A stretch of 64,000 nucleotides of DNA from Moniliella sp. 'wahieum' (lineage: Eukaryota): the NCBI GenBank assembly GCA_003971905.1, contig RSEE01000113.1:62001-126000 (forward strand), read 5' to 3'. Shown one piece after another: positions 1 to 11,648 of the stretch. A program made the translations under genes and the position numbers. The notes under the pieces were generated by a model. The model ran no database searches. It had not been told where the DNA came from and worked only from the letters and a program-made list of their open reading frames with translations. Numbering within the stretch: the first letter of the stretch is position 1; each line of letters opens with the position of its first letter.

Positions 1-1544
1 CAATAGTGATCTCAGCCTTGAAATTTACCCTGAACAAGGGTGTGTGAGCGCGGGGTTGAGCGTCTCAGAGTTTGACGTTTAACCGATTAATCCTTCGACG
101 TGTTGGGCGTACCAGGTACTTGGGCCTGTGTGGGCCCATGTCACACCATGTCTCGTTTTGGCGAAGGCAGCACTACTGCAGTGATCATTACAAAATTCCA
201 ACTATCCGAGCAAGTAAAGTACCCTTTTCCACGTCATTTCTTTGTCCCTTCCCCTTCCATCTCACACGACGCATCTGTGCCAAACTAGACCGCAGCCGTA
301 AGCAACTTGATCTTCAATTCTCGTATATATACAAAGTGCCGCGCCCCGATTAATAAGTCACAAAAATTCAAGAAGGTAGCTGGTGCTATCGTGTGCTCTC
401 ACTCTAGAATATCCCCACACGACGGACATGAAGTAGTAGCTCTCCCGCAATCCTATTAGTTCGAACGGCAAACTTGGACGGTTCGTTGGTATGGATGAAC
501 TTGGTGGGCTTTGGACAGTACGTTTCTACAGTACCTGTTTATCCGGATCTGACCGACGAGACCGATCGATGAAAGGGGCATATGCGTAGCACCAATTCAA
601 AAAGGGTCTCCACGTGCAGCTCTTCATATGTGCGCAAAAGTCAATACTCAGTACTCAATCCAGAAGCGTGTTGTGGTACCTGTCGGAGGCTTCCACTTCA
701 AAGCGCACTTGTCCGTCCTTCCGTTCCGTTTACAGCGACGGTGCGACGACAAATTAAGCAGTACTTGCCAGCGTCAGGGGATGTGAACGTTGAATAATCT
801 CTAATGTATGTGCAAAGCTCTCAGTCAAAATGCGCTATGGGCTCTCAGATCTCACTAGTGGGCCTGTCAGCAGACCTGGAGCCCTGATGATGACGATCCT
901 TAAGCTGATAGCAGCGGTAGTGGTAGGAGTGACCTATCCAACCAATGGAGCCTATGCTGAGACATCAACACTTTATCTCCGTGTAGCTCATCATGATGTG
1001 CGTTATGATGTGGACTCACACTAAGAGGGGTCCGTCTGTTGAGTCACAGGGTAGCTCGTGCTTCCGACCAAAAGGTCCCCTCAGCGCGCCTCAGCCCTCT
1101 CCTCAGGCCTAGGAGCTCCGATGTTAGTTCTCGCTTCTATATTTTGCCTTCTTTTGCTCTCTCCGCAGCAACAGAGGCCCTCTGTTGGCAAAACTGGTTT
1201 GTGTGGGGACTGAATGATGCATGATGTCTTGGTTTGTGGGGCAGTGAAAAAGATGGACATCACAGTGATTAAGCGCCTCTGTATTACGGCCCGACGGTCT
1301 GGGTGCTGGGCTACCGTCGCCACCTTTTTGGCCACCGTTCCATCATCGCCACCATAGCTACCGTTGCACCGTTCCATGTTTGGAGAGAATTTATCGCCAA
1401 TACGATGGCCTGCGGGTGCAATGAAGGTGCGATGTGACAGGCGGATGTAAAAAAGGAGGTGTCTTTTTCGGAAGAGAAAACTGTCAATGAGGATATGGTT
1501 ACAGAATAGAGATGGATGTGCAACATGGAAGTGCATCAGTGCAG

Positions 1545-1761
1545 AATGATCCTGGTGACCCAGAGATGTCCCAAGTGCAGTTGTGCAGTGGTAGAGAGAA
1601 GACTGGAGCTGGGTTGAACACAGACTGAGAATCAAAAGAAGGAGAAGAAGGAAGAGTGACACAAAAGGCCAGAGGATAGGGATACTGGGGGGGTGCCCGG
1701 ATGAGGTAGATGGTTAGGATGACCTGGGAGGTTTTGTTGACCCATAGAACCCTGGTAAACA
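1545..1761. repeat. Dispersed repeat, copy 1 (diverged direct copy at 60588-60808); probable transposon relic
   Basis: Shared blocks AATGATCCTGGT, AAGTGCAGTT, GGAGCTGGGTTGAAC, CAGACTGAG, GGATAGGGATACTGG, GGTGCCCGGATGAG and CCCATAG.ACCCTGGT.AACA occur in the same order at both loci. Confidence 0.85.
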
Positions 1762-1899
1762 GTGCATCAATGGCATGCATCATGTCGTCCAATTACATTA
1801 GAACCTGCCACCCTCTTCATCGTCGGCACACGTGTTGCTCCCGGAAAATCATTGCGGGGAAACGGAGGTCCATGGTCCATCAATAATATCTACCAACAT

Positions 1900-3560
1900 T
1901 TCAACGTACGCGAAAGGACCCTCAAGGCCTCAACGCCTGGTCTTGACCTGCTCAACGCGTTCGACGTTCGACGTTCGACGTTGAAGCGTTGAGAAGTTCA
2001 ACGTCTCGAGAAGTGAGGTCAACGTATCAACGTTCAACGAACGGACATCGGTCACCGGTCGCCCCCGTCAGCGCTGGACGTTGAACTTCGAACAACGTGG
2101 AGCTCAAAGCTCGAGCTGCCTCAGAAGCGCTGAGGCTACTTAGCGCACAGCGAGCGTTCACATCAAGCTTCAAGCGCAAAAAGCTGTCACGTGTCAACGT
2201 AAACGTCAAAAGCACCAAAAAAAGCTTCACAGCAGAGCTGCGGATGTGGACACCACCTGGGACAAAACATTAGACGCACATGTGGGGTTCGTCGTTATAA
2301 CGCGTCGATACAGCACCCGTCCGGCGCACAACGCCCGCAGCGTTTCCGTACCAACTCCTCAACGCCGTTACGCGTAACGCGTTATCAGCGATTATAGATC
2401 GACAATTAATTGCCACCAGGATTACGAACGCGGTCGAAATTATGTTTCGCGCGCACGTTATTTTTTTCTATACAACCCCCGCGGCCTCAGGCCTCACATG
2501 CCTGACCTCAGGCCTCACATAGGCCACATCGATTCGTTATTTGAACACCGAAAAATATGAGGCCCATGTGGGGGCACGGACAACCCTTTGAGGAATGGAG
2601 GCTTGAGGCTTGAAGCCACAAGCGTTGGCCGCTGACAAATGGCGAAGGGAAGACCGGAGGAGTCTTGGGCGATAAGACGAAACGGTAAAGGAAGAGATCA
2701 GAGCCAAAAACGGGAACGTCCGTCCCGTATATATGTTGAGCAACCTTCTGCCAGTCGCAAAACTCTACGTAGGGGCAGCTCTAGAGCCATGGCACTAAGC
2801 CACTGTCAGAAGGAGCTTCGGCCCGACAGCAATTTTTACAAGCGCTGCAGGCGCTGAAGCCCTGTGCATGTGACATGTGAAGCCCTGAGATCCTGAGACT
2901 TGAGGTACCTCAGCGCCTCAGCCTGAGGACTCCGACAGGCGCTCAGGCCTCCTCAGGCCTCAGGCTGAGGCCAGAGGCTCATTCCAGTGAGACTCGGTTA
3001 TTAAAGCTTAACCCTATAATAGCTTTGATCGTATGTAGCTCTCCGCTCAAAGATAGTGTTGAAATTGAGGGGGAGATGTGGTGGAGCGTCGTCAAAACGC
3101 GTTACCATGAGGCCTGAGGCTCAGGCGCTCAGGCCTAAATACCTGAGTACCTGAGTACTCCGTGCACTGTGGAGTACTGAATTCCGGAACGCCACTTGCA
3201 GATGCCACTGTGTGAGCACAGTGACTCTACCCACTAGGGACTAAGCTCTAATGCGGGAGAGCATAAGAAGAGCGTAAGAACTGAGATCCTGAGATGTCAA
3301 ATCTGAGAGATCTGTGATCTGAGAGGCCTCAGGTTTCAGGGATGGTCAAAAGGCGATACCGGTAGTATATAGAGTGGCGTTTTGTCAGTAGCCTCTGTGG
3401 GGGTATGTTTCTTTGCGATTTGCATGATCTGTTTGGGGGGGGCTGAACATACGTAATGCCGATAAACGTTGGATTTACGTTGAGTACGTTGAACGTTAAA
3501 TATTAAATGTGCACGTTAAAAGTCGAAGCAGCTGAGCGCTGATGCACGCTGATGGATGAT
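1900..3560. repeat. Cluster of 7-bp quasi-palindromic arrays (ACGT, AGCT, GGCC, CATG, GTAC, GATC cores)
   Basis: Examples: TCAACGTTCAACG, TCAAGCTTCAAGC, CTCAGGCCTCAGGCTGAGGCC, CATGTGACATGTGA, CTGAGTACCTGAGTACT, GTTGAACGTTAA. Confidence 0.75.
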
Positions 3561-3991
3561 GGATATTGGAGAACAGAGTCGGTAGATCTTGAACTGTCCT
3601 GTCAAAGTCAGTGCTCTATTCTACTCAGTCCCCTTCGGGGTTGCGGCGTCTCTCGAGAGCAAGGCAGAAGGGTCTGAGTAGCTAGGCGATTTCATGTACA
3701 CGGTAGCACGGACCCTGTTGTGCCTATTTTGCCACGTCGGGTTTCTACTTCTGTTTTTGTATAGCATAGCCTCGTCTCTCTCGCCCCCAGCATTCCTGTT
3801 GGGAGTTGGAATGAACGCATCATCGTTCAGCTCCATGTGTATATAGTGTGCACAGTCCCCACCAATACCCCGTCGGACCGCCTCCATCCGCTCCCCCTTT
3901 CTCGGCCCACCTGGCCCCGAGGCTACCTCCTTACTCTCGATCTCGATCTCTCTTTCTACTCTACCTCTTGTCACACTCATTGTATCACAGC

Positions 3992-5430
3992 ATGGATTCC
4001 CTAGGCCACTCTACCCCTTCAGCTCTTTCCATTGCCCTCCCCTCGGCCAGCCTGGCCAGAACTGAGCTCGTTCCTGTCTCCCTCTCATCTTCTTCTGATG
4101 GACATGTGATGCCACCCTACGTTTTGCTTCCCTCGCAAGAAACTACGGTCGACGGTTACCCGTCAATGACCACAATGGTACGTCAATCGATCTCTCCTTC
4201 ATCCTTCGCTCAACTTACTGATCCTTTTTCTGCCTCTGTTGTGTCTATCACAGGAGAAGTTCATGGATCAGGGGGCATACACCGCGCAGGGTGGCCCACG
4301 TGTGGCTCCATCTTGGGTCAACGGAACCACTACCACATCCGCCCCCGCCATGGCTGTGTTGGAAGGATCAGCAGCTTCCCTTCCAACCACTTCACTTCCT
4401 CCCATCTCCCCGCCCGTGAGCATAAACCACAATACGTTCCAGCCGCTTCAGCTCCGGCCACGCCCGTCCTATGCAGCGGACATGATCATTAGTAATGGTG
4501 ACCAGCCTGCCTTTCCAAATGCACCGATGAGGGAAGTGATGTCTTCACCACTAGGCGGATGGACCATGCCATTTTCCCGCTCTTCCTCGGTTCCGGGATC
4601 TCGACGTGAACGAGTCTGTATCCTGGGTCTCTACTCCATCGACCGAGCGTGGGACAACAGGATCCAAAAGCATTCCCATCGGACGAGAAGAAGAACCATT
4701 TTGTCGATCAGAACCGGGTAGAATGACGACCTTCCCCTCGCTTCCCCTAAGCAACCAGATTCATTATCCACTCACCTTTGCGCGGGGTGCGAAAGCGAAG
4801 CGAACAAGGCCGAGGACGAAACGCAAGTACAAGTACACGCGCAGTCGGACCGGGTGCTTGGTGTGCCGGAAACGGAAGGTTAAGTGCCCGCAAGATGGAA
4901 GCCCTTGCTCCCTGTGTGTTCGAGGGGGCCGGGCCTGTGTATATATGGGGGAACGCCACCCCTCCTATGGCGATCCCGGCACGGCCTTGATCTCGTCCTG
5001 TTCCCTCCCCCTGTCTGAGCCTGTGCCTCCCTTGGACCCCACGGTAACGGAACTCTCGAGTGCACGTTCGGTAAACGGCACTGTGCCGGACAGGTCGACA
5101 ATGACAGCGGATTCGATGGCCATGAGTCATTCTCTATCCCCCAAAGGGGGAGAGAAGGAATGGAGCACGTGGTCAACATCGAATACCAATCTGGAGAGAA
5201 CAGTGGGTGCATGGCCCACTGCTACCAATCGTGGGGCAGAGCAGGCATGTGCCTCGCTTTTAACGGATCCCTCCATCGATCCACTAACGATTCCTGATTT
5301 GGGTGAGGTATGGGCGACTAATAAGAGTGCTGGCCGCTTTACTGCAGCGGAAAACTTCCGCGTATCGCGTGTACCCTCGACCGAAATTTGGCTGTGGCAG
5401 GAAGCCGACAGCTCCTTTCTTGGAAAGTGA
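3992..5430 (+). CDS. Zn(II)2Cys6 (GAL4-type) binuclear-cluster transcription factor
   Basis: RSRTGCLVCRKRKVKCPQDGSPCSLCVRGGRACVY at ~4840-4945. ATG 3992 and intron 4178-4253 (GTACGT..CTGAT..CAG) join in frame. One unexplained frame change lies between ~4555 and 4720. The start is inferred. Confidence 0.8.
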
Positions 5431-8176
5431 GGAGTTGTGGGGTCCCCACCTCTTCGCAAAACTGTACTATACACCTCGCTTCTTTCGTCTCCTTTCTCAT
5501 CTACTATCCTCTTTCCTGGAAAGTTGCGCTCGTTTCGTGACCCTAAAGATGCTCTCATGAAGAGAAAATGTGAAACGCCGGAGGATTGCACTCGGCTTCC
5601 CTCTTTCAAAGGTCTTATCGACTCTCTTTCCCATCTTGTCCTTTGTTGTGTTGTCGGTGCCCTGCTCTCCGTTTAACGTGCGGTTTAATATAGTCTACCG
5701 CTGCCTGTTGCGCTGTTTTTCCCCTCTCTTACCGTACCCCTTTTTTCTGCCGTGATTTATCGGCGCTATTCTTTTTGTATGATTTCTTGCTTTCTCTCTC
5801 TCAGTGTGTTGTCCTTGTCCCTGTCTCTCATGGTACTGCCTCTGTCGTCTAGGGCCCGTACGTGTCCGTTGGCGTGCATACACGGGCCCAGCCGTGCCAT
5901 GCCACGATTATCAACGAGATCGATGATGTTTTGGTGTATAGCCTTTGCGCTCAATCTTTTGTATGTTCCTCTCTCGATATCGATCTCTTTTCTGGTTTCA
6001 CGTTCATAGTGCATACCATATGTTGTGTTATCCTTTTAGAGGAACAAGGAAGGATGACAATGACAATGCCGAAGGTTGGGTGCTTTGGTGGGGCACATTC
6101 CTCAAGTGAAGGCCGGAAAGTAGGTAACAACGACAGCATGAGTAGCCACTGTGCCCTGGTGTAGTCCATCTGCGATGGGTGCCTCGTTCGGGGAGTTTTG
6201 ATCGCTTGACTCATTCTGGGCTACTCCTTTGCTGGCGCAACCTCGCTCAGTCATATAAAACCCATCTCATGCAAGCAGCGACGAATAATCTCGGAACCAA
6301 AAGTGATGGAACTATAGGTGTCTAGTGTTGGGGTAAGGTCGTCATTATCCCCCGGACCAAATCCTGGGAAGTTGCGGGATGCCCTCCCTCCCATCACCAA
6401 ATGAAACGGCTTGGTTGTGCTCATCAGAAAAGAGACCCAACTGTCCAGCCATCTTGTCCCTCTTTCGACCCCAGTTCATCAGTCCTACCTGCTTAGTAGG
6501 CATCACTGTCACGGGCTGCGGCGGACACGAGATGGTCCGACCCAAGCTAAGGCCCGCCTGCTCCACACATGCTCAGTAGAGCGTGCTCCGCAGGCCAACC
6601 GAGTGTGATGATGGTTGGCTAAATTAAGTATCGTGGCCGAAGAGCCATGCTCCGTGCGACAATAGTCGCCTCCCGCCCAAGTCCAAGTCGGCTGACCTAA
6701 ATAAGGCCGTCGAGCTTCCAGCGCGCCGTGTGTCGCCCCGTCCCCGTTTCCTTTTCCTTTCTCGGTCGTGCCTGGGGCGACCACCCCCGCTTTTGACTTG
6801 TCTTCCTTTCTACACCCCCCTCTTGTATCCGTTTCCCTTTTGATCTTGCCTGCTGTACCCCTGGTTGATGGGGACCTTTTCCCCCACCTTCCATTCTCGT
6901 CATCTCTCGTCCTTCCCACCTATCCTGTCCGACTCCTGCCCGTTTTCCAGCCAATTGGTCCAGTACAGGCAGCTTCCTCTTGTTAGCGTCCGACTTCTCC
7001 TCCGACCTCGTCCTCCAGCAATTCGTCAGTCCAGTCGCGCGATCCCTCCTTTGGTCGCGTCGATTTCCAGTATCCATCCATCTCAGTTGAGGCAGTGTTT
7101 GACCGCCGCCGCCTCCTCCCGTCCCTAAGTCCCGGAGGCTTCAGACACGTTACTACGGCCCAAGCCGGTGCAGACGCAGCCTTGCCACACGAGCAGCCGC
7201 CCCACCAAAGGCCTCTTCTCGTCCCTAGCTCCGCTCGGATTTCCAACTAGCCCAAGCCCAAAACTGCCGTGAGTCGACTTACCGTCGCCTAAGGGATCGT
7301 ACCCCAAGACCTCAGGGCGGGCCCCCTGGCGGCGCCCGCCCGTGACAATCACTCTTCTTATCCGCCTGGACGCTCCCTCTGCTTCCCAGGTACCCTCACG
7401 GCTAAATATAAGGCCTCCTCTGCCTCTCTCCTCAGAACGACAGCCTTCATTCCCCCCCCATTTCAGCGCACAAGTCCATAGTAGAGAGTCGAGATGTGTC
7501 GATGAGACTTGATTTTTTTGACAACAGTAAAGCTTTTGAAGCAATGGAAATGATGAGTAAGGAAGACGAGATAGTGAGGATCTCGATGCATGTGGCGAGA
7601 GATACGCCAATGATTAATGAGCCTCATTACTAGTTGGATAGGGTGCCATAATGGTATGTGAGCGTTTGGCCGAGATAATGATGCGCTTGTCTAAATAGTC
7701 ACAACGTTTGACGCTATGTTGAACAGCTTTTGGTGAGCGCTAACGTGTTCAACAATTGATTAGATTGGCTTGGGAGATTCGACAGGTGAAACGTCTCGTT
7801 TACTATCTTAGATCTTATCTCTGAAAAAGCCATGCAAAATCCGGAGCATAGTGTCGGACGCGTGACGGAGACTCAGGACCGAATGTACTGACTGATAAAT
7901 GGACACAGCTGCTGTACCAAGCTGTCGGTGTTGCTCCTTCTCTCGAGTCCAACACTTAAGCGCCCAGAGGGGGTAGGGGTGCAGGGTGGCAACGGAACGC
8001 TTTTGACACTGCGAGAAAGGATTGATTATCGATTACCAAAAAGTCTGCCATGTCATGCATGTCACTTGTCACCAACAGCACTCGTGACATCATGCATCAC
8101 TAGTCGCTAGCCACGCGCGCCACGAGCCCTGGAGTCCGGATATGGTCCTCGAGGATAATCGATAATGCAATCGCAC

Positions 8177-8299
8177 TGGTGGTGGTGGTTGTGGGTGGTG
8201 GTGTGGTGGTGTGGTGGTGGGGTGGTGGTGGTGGTGGTGGTGTGTGGTGGTGGTGGTGGTGGTGGTGGTGGTGGTGGTGGTGGTGGTGGTGGTAGTGGT
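8177..8299 (+). repeat. (GGT)n trinucleotide microsatellite
   Basis: About 40 imperfect GGT units seen directly. Confidence 0.95.
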
Positions 8300-9150
8300 C
8301 TGGGCCAACTAGCAACGCCTACAGAGGAGCATCAAGTGCATCAAGCTCCAAGCTTCAAGCAGTTGGGCGTCCCCAGGGGCTAAACCTGCGGAACAAAAGG
8401 AAAACAGGAGAGAGAAAACAACGCAACTTCTAGGCTTGAGGAGGAACTGGAGGGTAGTTAGCCCAAGCGCGAGCCTCCCGGTGGCTCAACCCCAACCCTC
8501 GGGAGAAGGCTGCCGTTTTGGGCCGGAGACCGGGCCGCCGGAGAAGAAAAAAAAGGACACCGGACTAACCCAGCCCCCTGCGAGCAAGTTCACTTGGCTC
8601 GCCCAGCTCACGCGTGCCATAGTGGGGCGGGGCGGGGCAGCGCAGTCCTAGTCAGCGCGGGGCTTTGGACCAGCCGAAATACAGACGCACGGGGGCAGCC
8701 TTGTCTCGCCTGCCTGTGTGCCACCGCAGCACAGGCGGGGCGGAGGCAGCGAGGCGCTGTGTGGGAACAGCGCTTTCACGCGTGACCGACGTGATGTGCA
8801 CCCTTGTACTGCCCCCCTGCCTGCGGCTGCGCGGCAGGGGAAGCATGCGGAAAGAAATCAGCCTGCGAGTCCTGAGATCCTGAGACCCCAGGCAGCCAGG
8901 AACAGGCGCACCGGGCGCACCCCCCAGCCACAGGGCCAGTGTCATCCCTTCATTCGTTGCACCCGCACCCGACGGCACCAGACTGCACCCAGCCCTCTCT
9001 TGGCTTGCCCCCACCTTGGTGCGACGCTCGGCTTGGCTTGCCCTGCCTCGCCAGCGCCAACTGCCCCCCCCCCTGGGCCTCCTCCCATCCGCCTGTCGCG
9101 CCCCCTGTGCCCACCCCCACCACCTCTTGCGTTTCGCCCGTTCTTTCGCC

Positions 9151-11186
9151 ATGCACGCTCTCAGCCCCGAGCAGCCCGTCGCAGACCCCGACCCGCTTGC
9201 CGAGCTGCCTGAGGGCCACCGGCCCGCCATGGGCGTCGACCAGCGCATTGCCCACGATACCCACATTAGCGCTGTCTTTGAGCGCCAGGTGGCTCTGGTT
9301 AATGCTGAGATCGAGCGCATCGGCTGGGGAAAGTTCAACTGGTGGCTTCTTGCGCAAGCTTCCTATGGCTGGGCTGCCGACAATGTCGTCTTTGAATGTG
9401 CTGCCCTTACGTTGACTCAGGTGCAGATGGAGTGGAACCTCCAACATCCTGAATTCGCCACTGTCGCTCTCTACGTTGGCAATCTGGTATGCGGAACGCG
9501 TGTGTAGATCGGTCCTCGTCGGAAACTAACCATGTCTTCTTTTTTCGTTTCCAGATCGGCACCTTCTTCTGGAGCTTCAGCTCAGTGCGTCCCCATCCCC
9601 TCCCTTCCCTAAGGCACACCATCGCTTTTGTGTCCAGGTGCAAATACCTTCTAACCATATTCTCATTTCGAACCGAAGGATGTCATTGGCCGCCGCTTGA
9701 GCTGGAACACAACTTTGCTCATCACCTCGATCTTTGGCATGGCCACAGCTGGTGCTCCCAACTTTGTCGGCTATTCTTCTTTGCTCGCCTGCGTGGGCCT
9801 TGGCGTTGGTGGTGCGTAGAAGCTTCTCACCGCGAAGCACCAGTCTCCCACTGACCCACCCCTACACCCATTTTCCTTTGCCAGGTAACCTCCCTGTGGA
9901 CGGGACCCTGTTGCTGGAATTCTTGCCGGGCAAGCACCAGTGGATCATTAACTTTCTTTCGATTTTTTGGGTGTTGGGACAAACATTTGCGACACTGATT
10001 GGCTGGGCGTTGGTACCTCAGTTCTCGTGTGCCCAAGCCGAGGGCTGCACCCGCGCACAAAACATGGGGTGGAGGTACATGTGGATTGTGTGCGGGTGTG
10101 TCTACTGTTCTGGGTGGTGCGCTTTTTCCTCTACCCAATCCCCGAGTCACCTAAATTCCTGTTATCGCAAGGGGACGAGGTGGGGGCGCTGAATGTGCTA
10201 CGATTTATCGCTGCAGAGAACAAGACGACGTGTGAGCTGACTCTGAGCGATCTCCGGGCCGCGGGGGAGGTGGCGCTGGCTACGCCCACAAGCGAGGACG
10301 AGAAGGACGAAAAGAAGATTTCGGACGAAGGGGTGGTGACGGCCGTGACAGGAGTTCAGTGTACTTCTGCAGAGGAAGACGCAGCGATGGTTCAGCTGAC
10401 TGGGGCCCCGTTGCGCAAAGCAGTCGTTGGCAACTGGCGCGACACACTCCGTCTCTTCTCGCCCCAGCGCCTTCGCCGTTCTGTCGAGGTCGCAGGCGGA
10501 GTTTTCGCGGCAGAACACTTTACTGCACTTTTTGCCACGCCTCGCATGGCGTGGAACACGATTGACATCATGCTTATCTGGACCTTGGTATGTGCTGTGT
10601 TCATCACTCTGTGGGGGAGGAGGTACAGGACTGACCCTGCTTCCGAGTTTAGATCGCGTTCAGCTACTGTCTTTACAATGCCTTGATTGGTCTGTACCTC
10701 AAGGCAGCCGGAGCGAACCAGGGTTCCTACACCATCTCGGGGCAGTACGCCCAGATGGTCGAGATTGCCGTCTGTGGCATCCCAGGCTCGTTCTTTTCCG
10801 CGGCGATGGCGGAAATCCCATACGTGGGACGGAAGGGCACCATGGCGTTCTGGACGATGCTGTCTGGAGTACTGCTGTTTGGATTTACGACGGCGCGCAC
10901 GCCGAGTGCGACACTGGGATGGTCAACGTCGCAGTCGTTGGCGCAGAATGCCATGTACGCTGTGCTGTATGCCATGTCGTACGAGCTCTTCCCCACCCCG
11001 CACCGCGGTACAGGGGAGGCGCTGGCGATGGGTGCACAGCGGCTCGGGGATGTGTTTGCGCCGCTGGTGGCAGTGTACACGACGGACTACACAACCCCGG
11101 TGATGGTGTCGGGTGCACTGTTCTTGGTGGCGTCGGTGCTGATGCTGCTGCTTCCGTACGAGACGCGTGGCCGAACGGCCCTGTAA
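9151..11186 (+). CDS. MFS transporter, SV2/SVOP-like sugar-porter family
   Basis: Motifs IGWGKFNWWL..YGWAADN, DVIGRR, GNLPVDG.LLLEFLP, PESPKFL and YELFPTPHRGTG. Introns 9487-9554, 9585-9678, 9812-9884 and 10588-10652. One frameshift at ~10095. Confidence 0.9.
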
Positions 11187-11648
11187 ATGGTTTCCGCGTT
11201 GACGACTCTTAACGATGAAATTTGCTCTCATGCGACGGGGGGGAGGAGGGATGGGGGGCAGCGGTGCACATGCAGTTGGTATACTCAATTGACTAGCAGC
11301 ATTGCTAGATTATAGGAGTACTGGATTACTACAGGTACTACGGCGCTTGTCTTCCATCTTCCTGGGACTGTTAACTTGCGACCATAATACTCCCCTGCCC
11401 ATTGCCCACTCTTGTCTACACTCCGGCAAGGTACACACAGGGTTTGCTGGTTGGGAAGAGGTCACGTGACCCTGCTCAGGCCTTCCACAGGCATTGTCGT
11501 TGATTGACCGGTGCGGCCATCACCCATCGATGATCCAACGTTGTGACGCTCCTCGGCTCACCGCCATCGCCACTGCCATCGCCACCGCTACCACCGCCAC
11601 CACCGCCACCACCGCCACCGCCATCGCGGCCGCTGCCACCGCCTCTCC

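Noticed and set aside
6700..7520. Pro/Ser-rich interrupted + frame resembling a retroelement ORF1 relic
   Set aside because: No zinc knuckle, RT, endonuclease or terminal structure visible; cannot be supported.
8090..8383. Poly-His, poly-Thr and poly-Gly ORFs
   Set aside because: They are simply translations of the (GGT)n microsatellite.
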